This document shows positions 18,501 to 28,400 of a DNA stretch of 64,000 nucleotides, piece after piece (positions within the stretch are counted from its first letter, which is position 1; every line of letters starts with the position of its first letter). The stretch covers positions 1-64,000 of the IMG/VR virus record IMGVR_UViG_3300032360_000001. One strand, 5' to 3'. Origin of the DNA: a virus. The notes under the pieces were generated by a model. That model saw nothing but the letters and a program-made list of their open reading frames with translations. It was not told where the DNA came from and made no database searches. A program made the translations under genes and the position numbers.

Positions 18501-20598
18501 CCCTGACACTAATTTGGCTGGCTATAATATTTATATAAAAAGAGACGCCGACTTCGTTGACAGCACTGATTTTCATGAAGATATATGGGGAGCCCACCCA
18601 AACGGTGCATTTTTTAGTAGGTTCGTCCCAGACGAGGGTAGCGCTCCATTCTCATATTTCATTCCATTCCAAAACGGAACATACTATGTAAGGATTTACT
18701 CGGTAAACAAGCACGGAAGATCAGAAGGTAGGAATGCTCACTGTTCGTCTAGCGTAACCGTCAACGGCATCAACCTTATTGAGGATATATCCGTGTCTGC
18801 GCTTTCTTTAGCTGGCGCCACAGATTTATCAGACTTTACACAGCAGGTATCAGAAGCTGCAAATTACGCGTTATCTAACGCCTCCAACCTTCCCGGAAAC
18901 AAGGACGGCTGGCCCTATTATCATCTTGAGAACGCCAACCTAGCTTGGCAATGCGGTTTTGCTGGTGATCCAGCTGAACTAGCAGGACTGGCCCTTCCCC
19001 AAGACTATACATTTAGGCTAACGTTCAGGAAACCATCTGGTCCCGGAAATGATTTCCCAGACGCCTTGATCCATAAGGAAGTTACTGGCCAAACTGCCAG
19101 TGACCTTAATTATTCTCTTTCTTTAGTTGATAATATAGACATTACTTTGCCCGCTAATTACGATTATCCCCCCGTAGGAGGGGAAACAGTCACCCCTCTT
19201 AGAGCACTGGATGTCGTTGTGGAAGCTATAGATTCAGACGGTAACTCTTCTGCCGGAGGTCAAGTTATATATGATGCAGGCGGCAACCTCACTCAGGACT
19301 CCTCTTATGCTGTAAATCCAGCTGGATATGATATATTATATATTCAAAATACACCCGCAAGTGGAGTAAGATTAAGTCGCCGAATTGCAGAAGGGCCCGG
19401 CCAAGATTCAGAAAACTGCTTACACGCAAACACTGCCGATTACTGCACAGACCAATGGTTAAACGCCGACGGAACCCTGAATTTCATCCTTAAAAAAGAT
19501 ATCCCGGGGCGCGTTACTGGGCAAGCTGATATCTCAAATGCCGCCTTCTTAATTTCGAGAAGTCACTTTACCACCGCTGATATACCGACGATGCTCCAAG
19601 ACGGCCTTATAGATGACGATGGAAGCCTTGGCGGCGACAACTCAGCAGAACTGAAGAGTCCATACAAGCTCAATTTGAGTAACGAGACGTATCTCATTAT
19701 GGGGGAAGGGTTTACCTCCTCGACGGATAACTCACTCACCGTACCAACCCCGTTCCAGAACATTCAATCCGAGAGTACTGTAGGAGATGTTGGAGCATTT
19801 ACGCACCTTTATATGGGGGTTGCGTTTGTTGATCATTTTTTATCGGAAGCAGGAAAACAAAAGCCCACCAAAAAAGATTTAGTTAAAAAATTATTATGGG
19901 GCGACGAGTTTTCCGATAACGTTGTCAAGATTGGAGCGAGAAACGCCTTCTTAGCTGGCTCTTTATCGTGGAGAGCTTGGGCAGTCGTAAACGTTAACTG
20001 GGATTGCGCTACAGATCTTGCCTATCACCTAGGAGGGTTCGATACAATCACCCTTGTGGATTACGCGGGAGATTATCAAATAAGAAGAGCTTGGAGCACC
20101 GGGGGTAAAAGCCCACAAACAAAATATAACTTCACAACAATCCAAGCATACAGACAAGCTCGCAAATTTACATTTACTACGCCACAACCAACAGATCAGT
20201 ATGAAATAGTTGTTTGGTTTTCTTCGACGCCCAAATGGAGAAGGCCAACTGAACAATACCAAGCAACAGACAGAATCCCCGTTTATGGGAATGACTCATC
20301 TCTTTCTCCAAATATGCAAATACTCACAAAGGATGGCGTTCTCCAAAAGACAACAACCCACTTCACTCTCAAAGACTCTGCGCTTGGAGGCTTCGGTCAA
20401 GGCAGCAGGCCAGTACAAGGAAATCTTTTTGTTGGTATCTTACTCGGCGCGCCTTTCCCGCCGGGAGGAGAAAACCTTGGTGGATTTGGCCAAATAAGTT
20501 CTGATCCAGTTTTCGATTACAATTTCGATACTTGGGACACGACAAAAGCAACCAAGTACGGACAAGACCAAGATATTGATACTTACACATTAAGTTAA
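15538..20598 (+). CDS. Lambda gpJ-like tip attachment/central tail fibre protein, 1686 aa
   Basis: LDCLGEGPIDGL, RGLRVKVPNNY, WTDNPAWIYYDIITNKRYGLG, IAQYCDELVP, FN3-like domain (VTVRWNKP...GYNIY...YYVRIYSVN). Confidence 0.92.
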   Translation: MKRKPKIKKTRYPITLGPNGEIQFFKGGGGGSQPNPRDVVHEPEGVDTPEFPRPSDDDSQGKPPGAVSLSTVEVLDCLGEGPIDGLTSGYYHKSGYVGETGYRLVKFKPYVSGTAAQIQSGWARSVYYNGIQVLSQAGYRNFQNVDVTHSKGEPAGENLILDSNSEDTLQIQRSLGERLRGPELKYKDSNYSADSMILKPGEDSLGRSEGLPKYYNITNKRCTAFVMVVRVSMLSETLMTGSTEKGTKTGKGDVKQTSVTYRIDHKPYYSDDTKNTDFFPRNSAGDVVQQPLTNVTSKTIRGKITDGYAQSTKITPNPTSFGSQYGYSDVTEDPDFIGWRIAVYRETFDSFRGSLRNQTFVDSLTEIYEEKFCYPTSAFIRHKFRADTFGQVPARTHQIRGLRVKVPNNYNPIMRTYGGILGGTAAGLPPVNEGDPLLDTTTTVWDGDWKRHAAGTEAGKLKKEWTDNPAWIYYDIITNKRYGLGKYIGEDRVDKWSMFKIAQYCDELVPNGFTAQDYDDEPGKDFGEARFTANIYIANQEDAFSVINNIASVFRGLTFYSAGKLQATHDAPKEPTYLFNNSNVMDGDFLYSSSAKKARHSVCLVRYNDEANKYKPSIEYVEDVDSIKKYGIRVKDVTAFGTTSKTQAQRWGQWTLATERLETETCNFTAGIEGAYLQAGDIIATSDENRGTYQDVATRRRGGRVLNFQISSGRNMDGQPNWTGRAVLDSSISGWIDGGSYYSIPEVGQKGELHFSIVTPPAYGDPLTSDLSTSDLANLYSRKSAVQKLSFRKADAGVGTSANFVGESGWATNDLMADGSLSISDYDRTSIENHTIIHFTGLYHNGTNVLNDKDYNITGFTGLLYDNNGNEQLAPDGSNYSGFVENPPDNFLWAVEYTGALLQGHGGKPDRELWKIIGVEEKNNFKYAVQCISHDQSKFDFVDRQYEPLVGESIGTPNAPTFSSNPFTITQLGSLTAKKVTVRWNKPSPDTNLAGYNIYIKRDADFVDSTDFHEDIWGAHPNGAFFSRFVPDEGSAPFSYFIPFQNGTYYVRIYSVNKHGRSEGRNAHCSSSVTVNGINLIEDISVSALSLAGATDLSDFTQQVSEAANYALSNASNLPGNKDGWPYYHLENANLAWQCGFAGDPAELAGLALPQDYTFRLTFRKPSGPGNDFPDALIHKEVTGQTASDLNYSLSLVDNIDITLPANYDYPPVGGETVTPLRALDVVVEAIDSDGNSSAGGQVIYDAGGNLTQDSSYAVNPAGYDILYIQNTPASGVRLSRRIAEGPGQDSENCLHANTADYCTDQWLNADGTLNFILKKDIPGRVTGQADISNAAFLISRSHFTTADIPTMLQDGLIDDDGSLGGDNSAELKSPYKLNLSNETYLIMGEGFTSSTDNSLTVPTPFQNIQSESTVGDVGAFTHLYMGVAFVDHFLSEAGKQKPTKKDLVKKLLWGDEFSDNVVKIGARNAFLAGSLSWRAWAVVNVNWDCATDLAYHLGGFDTITLVDYAGDYQIRRAWSTGGKSPQTKYNFTTIQAYRQARKFTFTTPQPTDQYEIVVWFSSTPKWRRPTEQYQATDRIPVYGNDSSLSPNMQILTKDGVLQKTTTHFTLKDSALGGFGQGSRPVQGNLFVGILLGAPFPPGGENLGGFGQISSDPVFDYNFDTWDTTKATKYGQDQDIDTYTLS

Positions 20599-20600
20599 TT

Positions 20601-21560
20601 ATGCAAATTTTAGTTATATTTTTTAATCCCGAGAATAAAAATGAAGCTCCTCGGTCTGAGATGCACATTCTAAGGCCCGGGCAAGACGTCGACTTCCTTT
20701 TTCACTACACCCTCGATACCAATAAAAAGTCGATGGACGACGTTCTTCACGCTACGGTTGTTGATTCAGGAGAGAAAGTCATACCTGAATTTTACTTGCC
20801 ATGTCTCGTCTATGATCGCCCAACAGATTCCGTAAAGTGGGATTCCGCTAAAATGATAGAATTAAATTTTAATTATTGGATGCCGCAAAGAAGGGAGCTA
20901 CTCAGGGATTTGGATATTCAATTCATGCGGGCTCTAGAAAAAAATGACGAAAAAGAAAGAAAAATAATAGTTACCAACAAAGAATTCCTAAGAGATTTGC
21001 CGAACTTTGTACTCACAAAATGGGCCGAGACCCTTGAGGTTGTAAAAAGCAATGGAGAGTGGACGGGTATATCTCAGAACGATTCTAGATTTAGCCAAAG
21101 AGATGGTCAAATTTATTACAAAGGTACACCCGTCGGTTTAGTCGATTCCTTCGATGCGTTTACCACCTCTCAACAGAGATTCTACGTAGAGCTTTTCAAC
21201 CAAAGATACAGCAGACAAGACGCCTTAAGATTTACGCCATTCCACAATATTTTAATCGTGGATATTCTGAGTGGCGGGTCAGGCTACACAACCTCACCGA
21301 CTATAGAGTTTCAGTGCGAATACGCTGGGGCTATGCCCCCTAAATGTCAATGTGTGATAGAAAACGGTTCGTTAACCGAGGTCATAGTTATAACACCCGG
21401 ATGCGGATACATAGAAGACCCCAAGCTTATCGTGTCCAAACCGACTTCGCCTAATGGCAAACAAGCCGTTGTTTCCGCCAAGGTTTATAATAGAGTCATA
21501 CAAGAATACCCTAGTTTCACACAGGAAGAACTAGAAGACAGATTACCCAAAGAGTTTTAA
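20601..21560 (+). CDS. Tail-associated protein: fibre-assembly-chaperone-like helical motif plus GSGY beta domain
   Basis: RRELLRDLDIQFMRALE...KEFLRDLP resembles tail fibre assembly chaperones; ILSGGSGYTTSPTI / ITPGCGY repeats are typical of phage structural proteins. Confidence 0.5.
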   Translation: MQILVIFFNPENKNEAPRSEMHILRPGQDVDFLFHYTLDTNKKSMDDVLHATVVDSGEKVIPEFYLPCLVYDRPTDSVKWDSAKMIELNFNYWMPQRRELLRDLDIQFMRALEKNDEKERKIIVTNKEFLRDLPNFVLTKWAETLEVVKSNGEWTGISQNDSRFSQRDGQIYYKGTPVGLVDSFDAFTTSQQRFYVELFNQRYSRQDALRFTPFHNILIVDILSGGSGYTTSPTIEFQCEYAGAMPPKCQCVIENGSLTEVIVITPGCGYIEDPKLIVSKPTSPNGKQAVVSAKVYNRVIQEYPSFTQEELEDRLPKEF

Positions 21561-22453
21561 TCCGTTTTTTCTTTTAGGCTTTTGATTTCTTTTTCGAGCA
21601 TACTTATTTTCTTATCTAAAACTATCATAGCCTTATTGTATACCAACGGCACAGACAAACTATTCTCTAGCATCAATGGTACCCCGCAATTAGGCGTAAA
21701 GTCTACTATAAGTTGAAAATGCTCCGACCATTTTGTCATAGAAACATAAGTGGAATTTAAAATCAATTTATGTTTTTTACAAGAAAGCTTACCCCCAAGG
21801 ACATTAGGAGGAAGACTGTTCGAAAAAATTACCCTCCAACCTCCTTCTGCAACCTCCAGTAAGGTAACCTCCCTTGTCATCGCGGACCTATAATCCGTTG
21901 TCTTATATACTAAGGCTAGTTCTGCGCCTTTTCCTGAACCACCTTTCGGTTCCCAGCCCAATGAAACTTGCTCCGGTGGAGATTCCCAATATTTCCCGCA
22001 ATCAGAAACTTTAACTTTTTTAATACAGCCATCTTCGTCTACCTCGATTACTTCAATTATTGCATGGCTTTTTTCTTCACTTATTACATCTTCCGCTGGC
22101 ACACCGTCGTCTACGGCAAAAGTGTCGCCCTTTGAGTATCCTTCTCCCTCATTCATTATGTTTACAGAGGTTGAGAGCTCGTACTCTTTGTATGAAACTT
22201 CCACTAGGTCTCCCGCGACCAATCCCATGGCGTCTTCATTTTTTACGAAAACCCTATCTGGTATTATTGTTTCGAAATCAAGTATGCAAAAAAACGGCTC
22301 CATTTTTGCTATTTGGTACATCTCATTGTCGCCATAGAACCTTATGTAAGACCCGGCCCTTGCGTGTGTTGGCGCGTGAAATCTTGATTGGCAGATAACC
22401 GTGTTACCGCCTTCTTTTACTGAGCCCCGATTATAAATTGATTCTTTTGCCAT
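21557..22453 (-). CDS. Putative tail structural protein (GxGY beta domain, C-terminal coiled coil)
   Basis: 298-aa ORF directly downstream of the TMP; IMNEGEGYSKGD and VSDCGKY motifs; stop overlaps the convergent gene (TTAA). Confidence 0.55.
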   Translation of the reverse strand: MAKESIYNRGSVKEGGNTVICQSRFHAPTHARAGSYIRFYGDNEMYQIAKMEPFFCILDFETIIPDRVFVKNEDAMGLVAGDLVEVSYKEYELSTSVNIMNEGEGYSKGDTFAVDDGVPAEDVISEEKSHAIIEVIEVDEDGCIKKVKVSDCGKYWESPPEQVSLGWEPKGGSGKGAELALVYKTTDYRSAMTREVTLLEVAEGGWRVIFSNSLPPNVLGGKLSCKKHKLILNSTYVSMTKWSEHFQLIVDFTPNCGVPLMLENSLSVPLVYNKAMIVLDKKISMLEKEIKSLKEKTD

Positions 22454-22481
22454 TTTCTATTATATCCTTATTTAACTTAAT

Positions 22482-25400
22482 TTATCCCTTTTTATACAAT
22501 AAACCTCCCGGCCTCTGTTCCTCGACTATTGTCTGCAGAACAACCCCCTGCATTAACTCTGCAAATCTTTCGTGTTTGTCTGCGTCGTCTTCTCCATCTT
22601 CACCCGCGCCTTCGTTCCCGCCTTCTGAGGATGACGACGCGGTTGCTTCTGCTGTACCGTCGCTGTTTACATTAACTGTTACCGCAACGTTGTTTGTTAT
22701 CTCTTGATTTACACCACCAGTGCCATCCTGAGTGCCGTTTTGCTCTCCAGCGCGTTTTTCTCTTTGTTTTTCGTCTGTTTCTTTATCAACTGTATCTCTT
22801 ATTGATTGAACTATATCAACCAATTGCATGAGAGAATCCGTCATTCCTTCGGCTCCCTGCCCCACATTTAGACCTAAAGCGCCACCAGTTGCGGAAGCGA
22901 TAGGAGAGGTGGGGGCAAATTGAGATTGCCTTCCAACCATTCCCCCCTCTGCAAACCTTGCAACTTGACCTCCATGTTTTGCTATGTCGTTGTACTTGAG
23001 GAGCGCGTTTGCTCCGCCGGGGAATTGATCAACTCCCTCCTTGCTGATCACAAACTCTCCCCTCGTAAGTAAGGCTTTAATTGTGTCCTCGCCGGGAGGT
23101 CCATCCGCGTCAGTTATTAGTCCTCCTTGGGCTTTTCTTGGTACAGGAAACCCGCCCATGTTGCCGCCGGGCTTCAGCATCCGCCCAAGCATGTCCTCGT
23201 TTTCGTTCATGCCCTCCAACTGGTTTCTTCTTACCGTCGCCGCTTCTTTACTTCTTGCCCACCCGAGCTTAATTGCTTTAAGATTTGCTCTTTCTTTGTC
23301 GTTCATCCCCCACACATTATTAGCGTTCTTCTCAAGAAGGCCCGGGTGAAGAGCTTGGCTGTTTGCAAGGAAGGCTTGCTTACCCGCTTGGACATGTCGT
23401 AATTTATCTGCGTGGGCCTTGGCAGTCTTTTCGGCCAATGCGCGTCTTGGCCCTCCGGGCTCGCTTTCATTTATAACGTCGGTCCACTTATCTATACCTC
23501 TCTGCGCCTTATTCTCTTCCTTAACCCACTGCTTGAGTTGCGTTTCGGTTCCGTGAAATGCAATGCTTTGTTCCGCGGCTGTTATTTCTTCGGGTTTTAG
23601 GTGTTTCTTCCACCGGTCTAATGCAGCCTGCTGAACCGCGGGATCGCTGCTGTTCAAGGCATTCTGTTCCGCCTTGCCCAGCCCCTTAATTTTCGCGTAG
23701 GATGTTATAGCAGCCGTTGCTGCTGCTGTTCCGGCAGTCAGGGCTAATTCCTCTTTTTCCAAGCCCATGCCCCAGCCTATAAGGGCTGTTGATCCGCCTG
23801 CTATTACCGACGACCCTACGGGGCTATCCGCCCATTTCATTTTCTTCGCCCACGAGTCATGCGCTGCTTGATTGACATAATCTCCTGCCTTTACCCCTTG
23901 CGGCGCGCCGTCCATAGACTTAAATTGAGCCGGATTGTCCGCGACTTGTTGATCCGTACCATATTTTTTATTTGCTGATTGCGACTTGGCCGCTACTCCA
24001 ACCTGCACCGCTGCGACAGCAAACTGAATCCACGCCGACGTGAGCATCTGTTTCTTTTTCGTCTTGAACTCGTCCCATTGTTCTTTTCTATTTTCGTATT
24101 CTTCTTTAAGGTAGATTTTATAATCAACGAACATCTTCCTTCGTTTCTCACGCATCTCATTCTGCTTGTTATTTTTGTCTCCCATGGCATACGCGCTCAT
24201 TTTGTGATCCACGAAAAATCTTCCTAATGATGGTTTGTCGGGGTCATTCACAGCGAATGCGTTTGTCCCCCCGTATTTAAATCCTTTCCCAAATCGTTCT
24301 TCCACCACCTCGGCAACACGCGTCATGCCTTCACCCGGCATATTTCCAGAGTTATACCACTTTTTATCTTGTGTTGCTATGCCTTCCATTTTAAATCCAC
24401 CGGGAGAGCCCTGCCATGCTTCCGCAAGGTTATCCCCGTATTTTTCATTCAGGCTTGGTGGGTTCCTCTCTCCAGTCTCCTCTCCTTCGCTCTCTTGATT
24501 TTCTTCAGTCGCCTCGTTGGCTTTCTGAATTAGTTCCTCATCAACTTCGCCACCTTCTTCCATGCGTATTCTTCCCGCCTCTATGTCCTTAAAATACTGG
24601 ACGCCATTATCTTTTACTGCTTTCTGGGTCATCACCATTTCGCCCTTTTTCAGATACACCGGTACGTCATCTGTCGTTCCCGAGCCAGCGGTAATCAATC
24701 CTCCTCTTTGTCTTCGTTCAGGAGCCACTCTTCCCCGACGGGTGGGCAAGCCGCGATCACTGCGCTGCTTATCATTAGCTCTGGATTGCCACTCTGTGGT
24801 GTAATCAGGTCTCCACATCCAAAATGGACCTATATTTTGCGTCATGGCCGTAGGCTTCATTCCACTGTTAAATTCTGTGCCCATTGGTATCTGCCAAGAT
24901 TTATACCATTCTTCATCTGAATCTAATAAACCTGATTGCCGCTGGCCGGGCACAGTTACTCCTCTTGCTAGTCTTTTATCTGTTGCTGATTGTTCTAGGG
25001 ATTTTTTCCATACATTTTGAATGTCTTCGCGTGCACCGATCCACCCGTTAGTCGCATTGCCCAGAACATCGCTTCCGTAATGCGTTCTGTATCGCTCTGT
25101 AACGGCGCGTGCCGCATCACCCCCGCTGAGCCAAGTATTCATGTCGTTAAACCCCTGTGGGCTTTGTTGGAATACCGACAGTCTTCCGGATAAATGCCAA
25201 TTATCGTTATCCGCGTCGCCAATGGCGCTAAATTGTTGTGCTTGTCTGACGTTTCCGGAAGTGGGCTTGAATCCCCCCGGCGCACCCTGCCACGCGATAT
25301 CTCTCATGCTAATCTCGCTTGCCGTCGTCGCTTCTCCCGGTTGTGCGGCGCGCCAACTAAATCCCCTCCTCGTCGGCGCTTGAACCCACCACGCGCCATT

Positions 25401-28400
25401 TCTCACCTCAGCTGGATATCTGGAACCGCCAACCGATATTCCGTACCCAGTAGAAATGCCGTGCCTTGTTCTTGATGCTTGATTATTGTATCTATTTCTC
25501 ATTGCGTCCCCAACGGCAAACACAAGATCTGGGTGCTGTGGTCCGACTTCTGAAAATATTACCCTAGCTACGTCTTTATCTACAGCTGACGGGTGTACTC
25601 CCCACGCTGCAAAGTCTGGGGTTTCTTCTCTTTGGAAATATCTTCCTCGATTCCTCATCGCGTTGCGATGCGCTGCTGTCGGCGGGCCTATTCTGGCTAC
25701 TCCACCACGATCAATATTACCCCCCACTAGAGTGCTTGCTTCTGGCCCCCGCGTATATCTATATCCACCGGGAGAAACGCCGTGTGCTCCACGTGTTGCT
25801 CTCACGCGTGGAGCAGCCATGTGGCCGTGAATTCCGGCGCGATATCTTTCCGTAGCTAACGCTAATCGATTGGGGCCGGCAGCAGTAGCATTGTAGGTGT
25901 CTCGCCAAAAGTCACGGAGTCTATTATTCCATGCTTGGTGTTTCGGTAGCAATGTCTGGTTACGGCCAGTAGCAGGAATTTCAAGTGCTGATTGTCTTCT
26001 AAATTGATTCGGAACAGAGCCCCCACCTCTGGGATTCCAAACAAAACCGCCTGCGCCATATTCTACGGGCTGCATTGTGCCATATATAGTTGACATCTTA
26101 TTAAACTGCTCCCACCACCCTTGCCTAAAGCCCGGGAACGGTTTCCCATCAAGCATACCCGGTCTTTTGTCTGCTTCCGGATTGAACAAATGTTCCCCTC
26201 CCGGTATAAGAACAACGTCATTTGGCTTAAGGAATTTACTAATATCAGGTTTCCCCCCGGCTCTCGTCTTTAACGCTTTCATTAATTCCGGATTGGCCGC
26301 CGCCAGTGCCGCAGAAATAGTAACTCCATTTGCGCCCATGCTGATTGCCTTGGCGGTAGTCATTTCTTCTCGGTATTGCTGACCTATAGAGGTAAGACCT
26401 TCTCCCACCTTTACCACGTGACCTAGTCCCTTTCCGGGAATTATTTCGTATCTTGACGGAAAACCTTCATTTTCGTCGAAAAATTTGTTTTTAGGATCCA
26501 ATTCCCATTTAGCCTCTGGATCGAAGCCCCCTGTATGCGGCAAGCCAGTATATGGATGCACCTCCACTTCAGCGCGGTTCTTCGATTTAAAATGTTTTTT
26601 GGTCAAAAACCCGCTGGGTGCCCTACCTTTCCACCCGGCTTTGGACATGCCAGAGTAGCCCACCACCATACCTAATGCCTCTCTAGTCTTCTTGTCGCCC
26701 TCGATTCTGCTTGGTACTGGAACTCTGTGTGGCCCTTTGGGCTTAGGATTTATTGGCGACCTCCGTGCTCGTTCTTCCGTCAGTGTTGATCGACGTGTCG
26801 GGGTCGGTATACCTTTTTTCTTTCGGAATAATGTTAATGCCTCAGTAGTAGCGGCTCCAGCGTAGCCGTCAATCTTGAGAGGCTTAATCTGACCGGCTTT
26901 AGGATTTGGCGACATGAGACCCATGCTGGTTAAATGTTTATTAAGAGCTCTTTGTTGATCTTTCCTTTCGCTCTCGCCGGTGAAGAACGCGTTAATGCCA
27001 CCCCCTTGCTCACCAGCGGCCCCCGGAAAATTTGTCATATCCTGACCCCATAATCCCGTATAGCCTCCGCTCTTTATGCTAAACCATTCGTTTAATACTC
27101 CAAAAGCTTCTGGTTCAATCCACCCGGCAGCCATCATGTCATTCGCTACGCCGGGTTGCATACCGTTTTCCCATTCCGAAAAACCGGCTGGGTGCATCAG
27201 CTGACTCATTCTTTTTCCCGGTTTTAATTTAATCTTTTCGGCGTGACGAATCATCTTCATGTAAGCTGACTCAAATGTATCGTTCTTTGTAAACCCAAAT
27301 CTTTCTATATTATTTGGATCTTTTATCCAATTTAATATGTGGGAGTTATTAGCCAACTTCTTTATATAATTCTTGTCTAATTTTGGTACTTTCGCCCTGA
27401 ACGTGTCTCTAGCCGTTACTACGCCACCCGCACCGAATTGTGGTACGTCCCGATCCGGTCCACGACGTAGGTTTTCTAATTCCTCCATCAGATCTAGATT
27501 TAGAGGAAGCGCATTACCCTTGTTCTTACGGGGGTCGGGCCCAACCCCTGCCCCCCATCCGCGTTTATTGAGGGCCCAAGGTGCTGGGTGAACGCCTTCG
27601 GGCCATGGGTCACCACCCAACGGCATGCCAAATGGACCAAATCCCGCATCCCTCATCCCATCGATCTCGTTCTCACGATCAAGCATGGCCAGATGGTCAG
27701 CTAATTGTTGTTGGCGTACTGGATCATCTTTCCTTGCTCCCCCCCACTCAGCAGCGGTTGGCCCAAAGGCGTTGTTACCTGAGGAGCCGCCTACACGGCT
27801 GAAGCCGCGACGACGCGGGTCCACGCGGTCCCAAAACGGCAGTTTATCGTTGAATTTGCGCGCCGGTGAGTCGCTCCATGGATAAGCAGTACCAACGATA
27901 CCACCATCTCCAAATCTTGGAACCCCCTCCCCAAGACCGGGCATCGTTGAATTCCGGTCCCTCAGGTCCGGCCTAGGAAGACCCGTGGCGGGATCAATCT
28001 CAAACGGCCATGGTATCTGTGGTGGCATTGGCGTGCTTGGGCCTTGTTGCCGGTTTCGGCGCGAAGGTATGCGATGCATACCCTTTGGGAGTGGCGCAAA
28101 GGGGTCATTCCACCATCTGCCCTGACCGGGATCAGGTTCCAAACCCATTGCACTTGTAGGTGAGTCGGGGCTTCCAACAGGCAGCGCATTTGGCGCTTGA
28201 ATAAATTTATTGTACCACGCGTTTCCCTTCCCCTGCATAAGACGGTCCTTCAAAAGTCTTTTATGAAGAGCGTAGTTTTCACTCCATCTATGCTGCGATC
28301 CAATCCCTATTTTATCCAACTCCGAAATGGATGCCGAGATCTTTGGATCCATTAGCAATCCCGAAGTGCCCATTTCTGTAAATATTCTTTTGTTATAATC

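Noticed and set aside
11365-21560. Invertase-driven phase-variable inversion of the tip block
   Set aside because: No flanking inverted repeats or recombinase gene seen, and the right junction is a tight stop-codon overlap.
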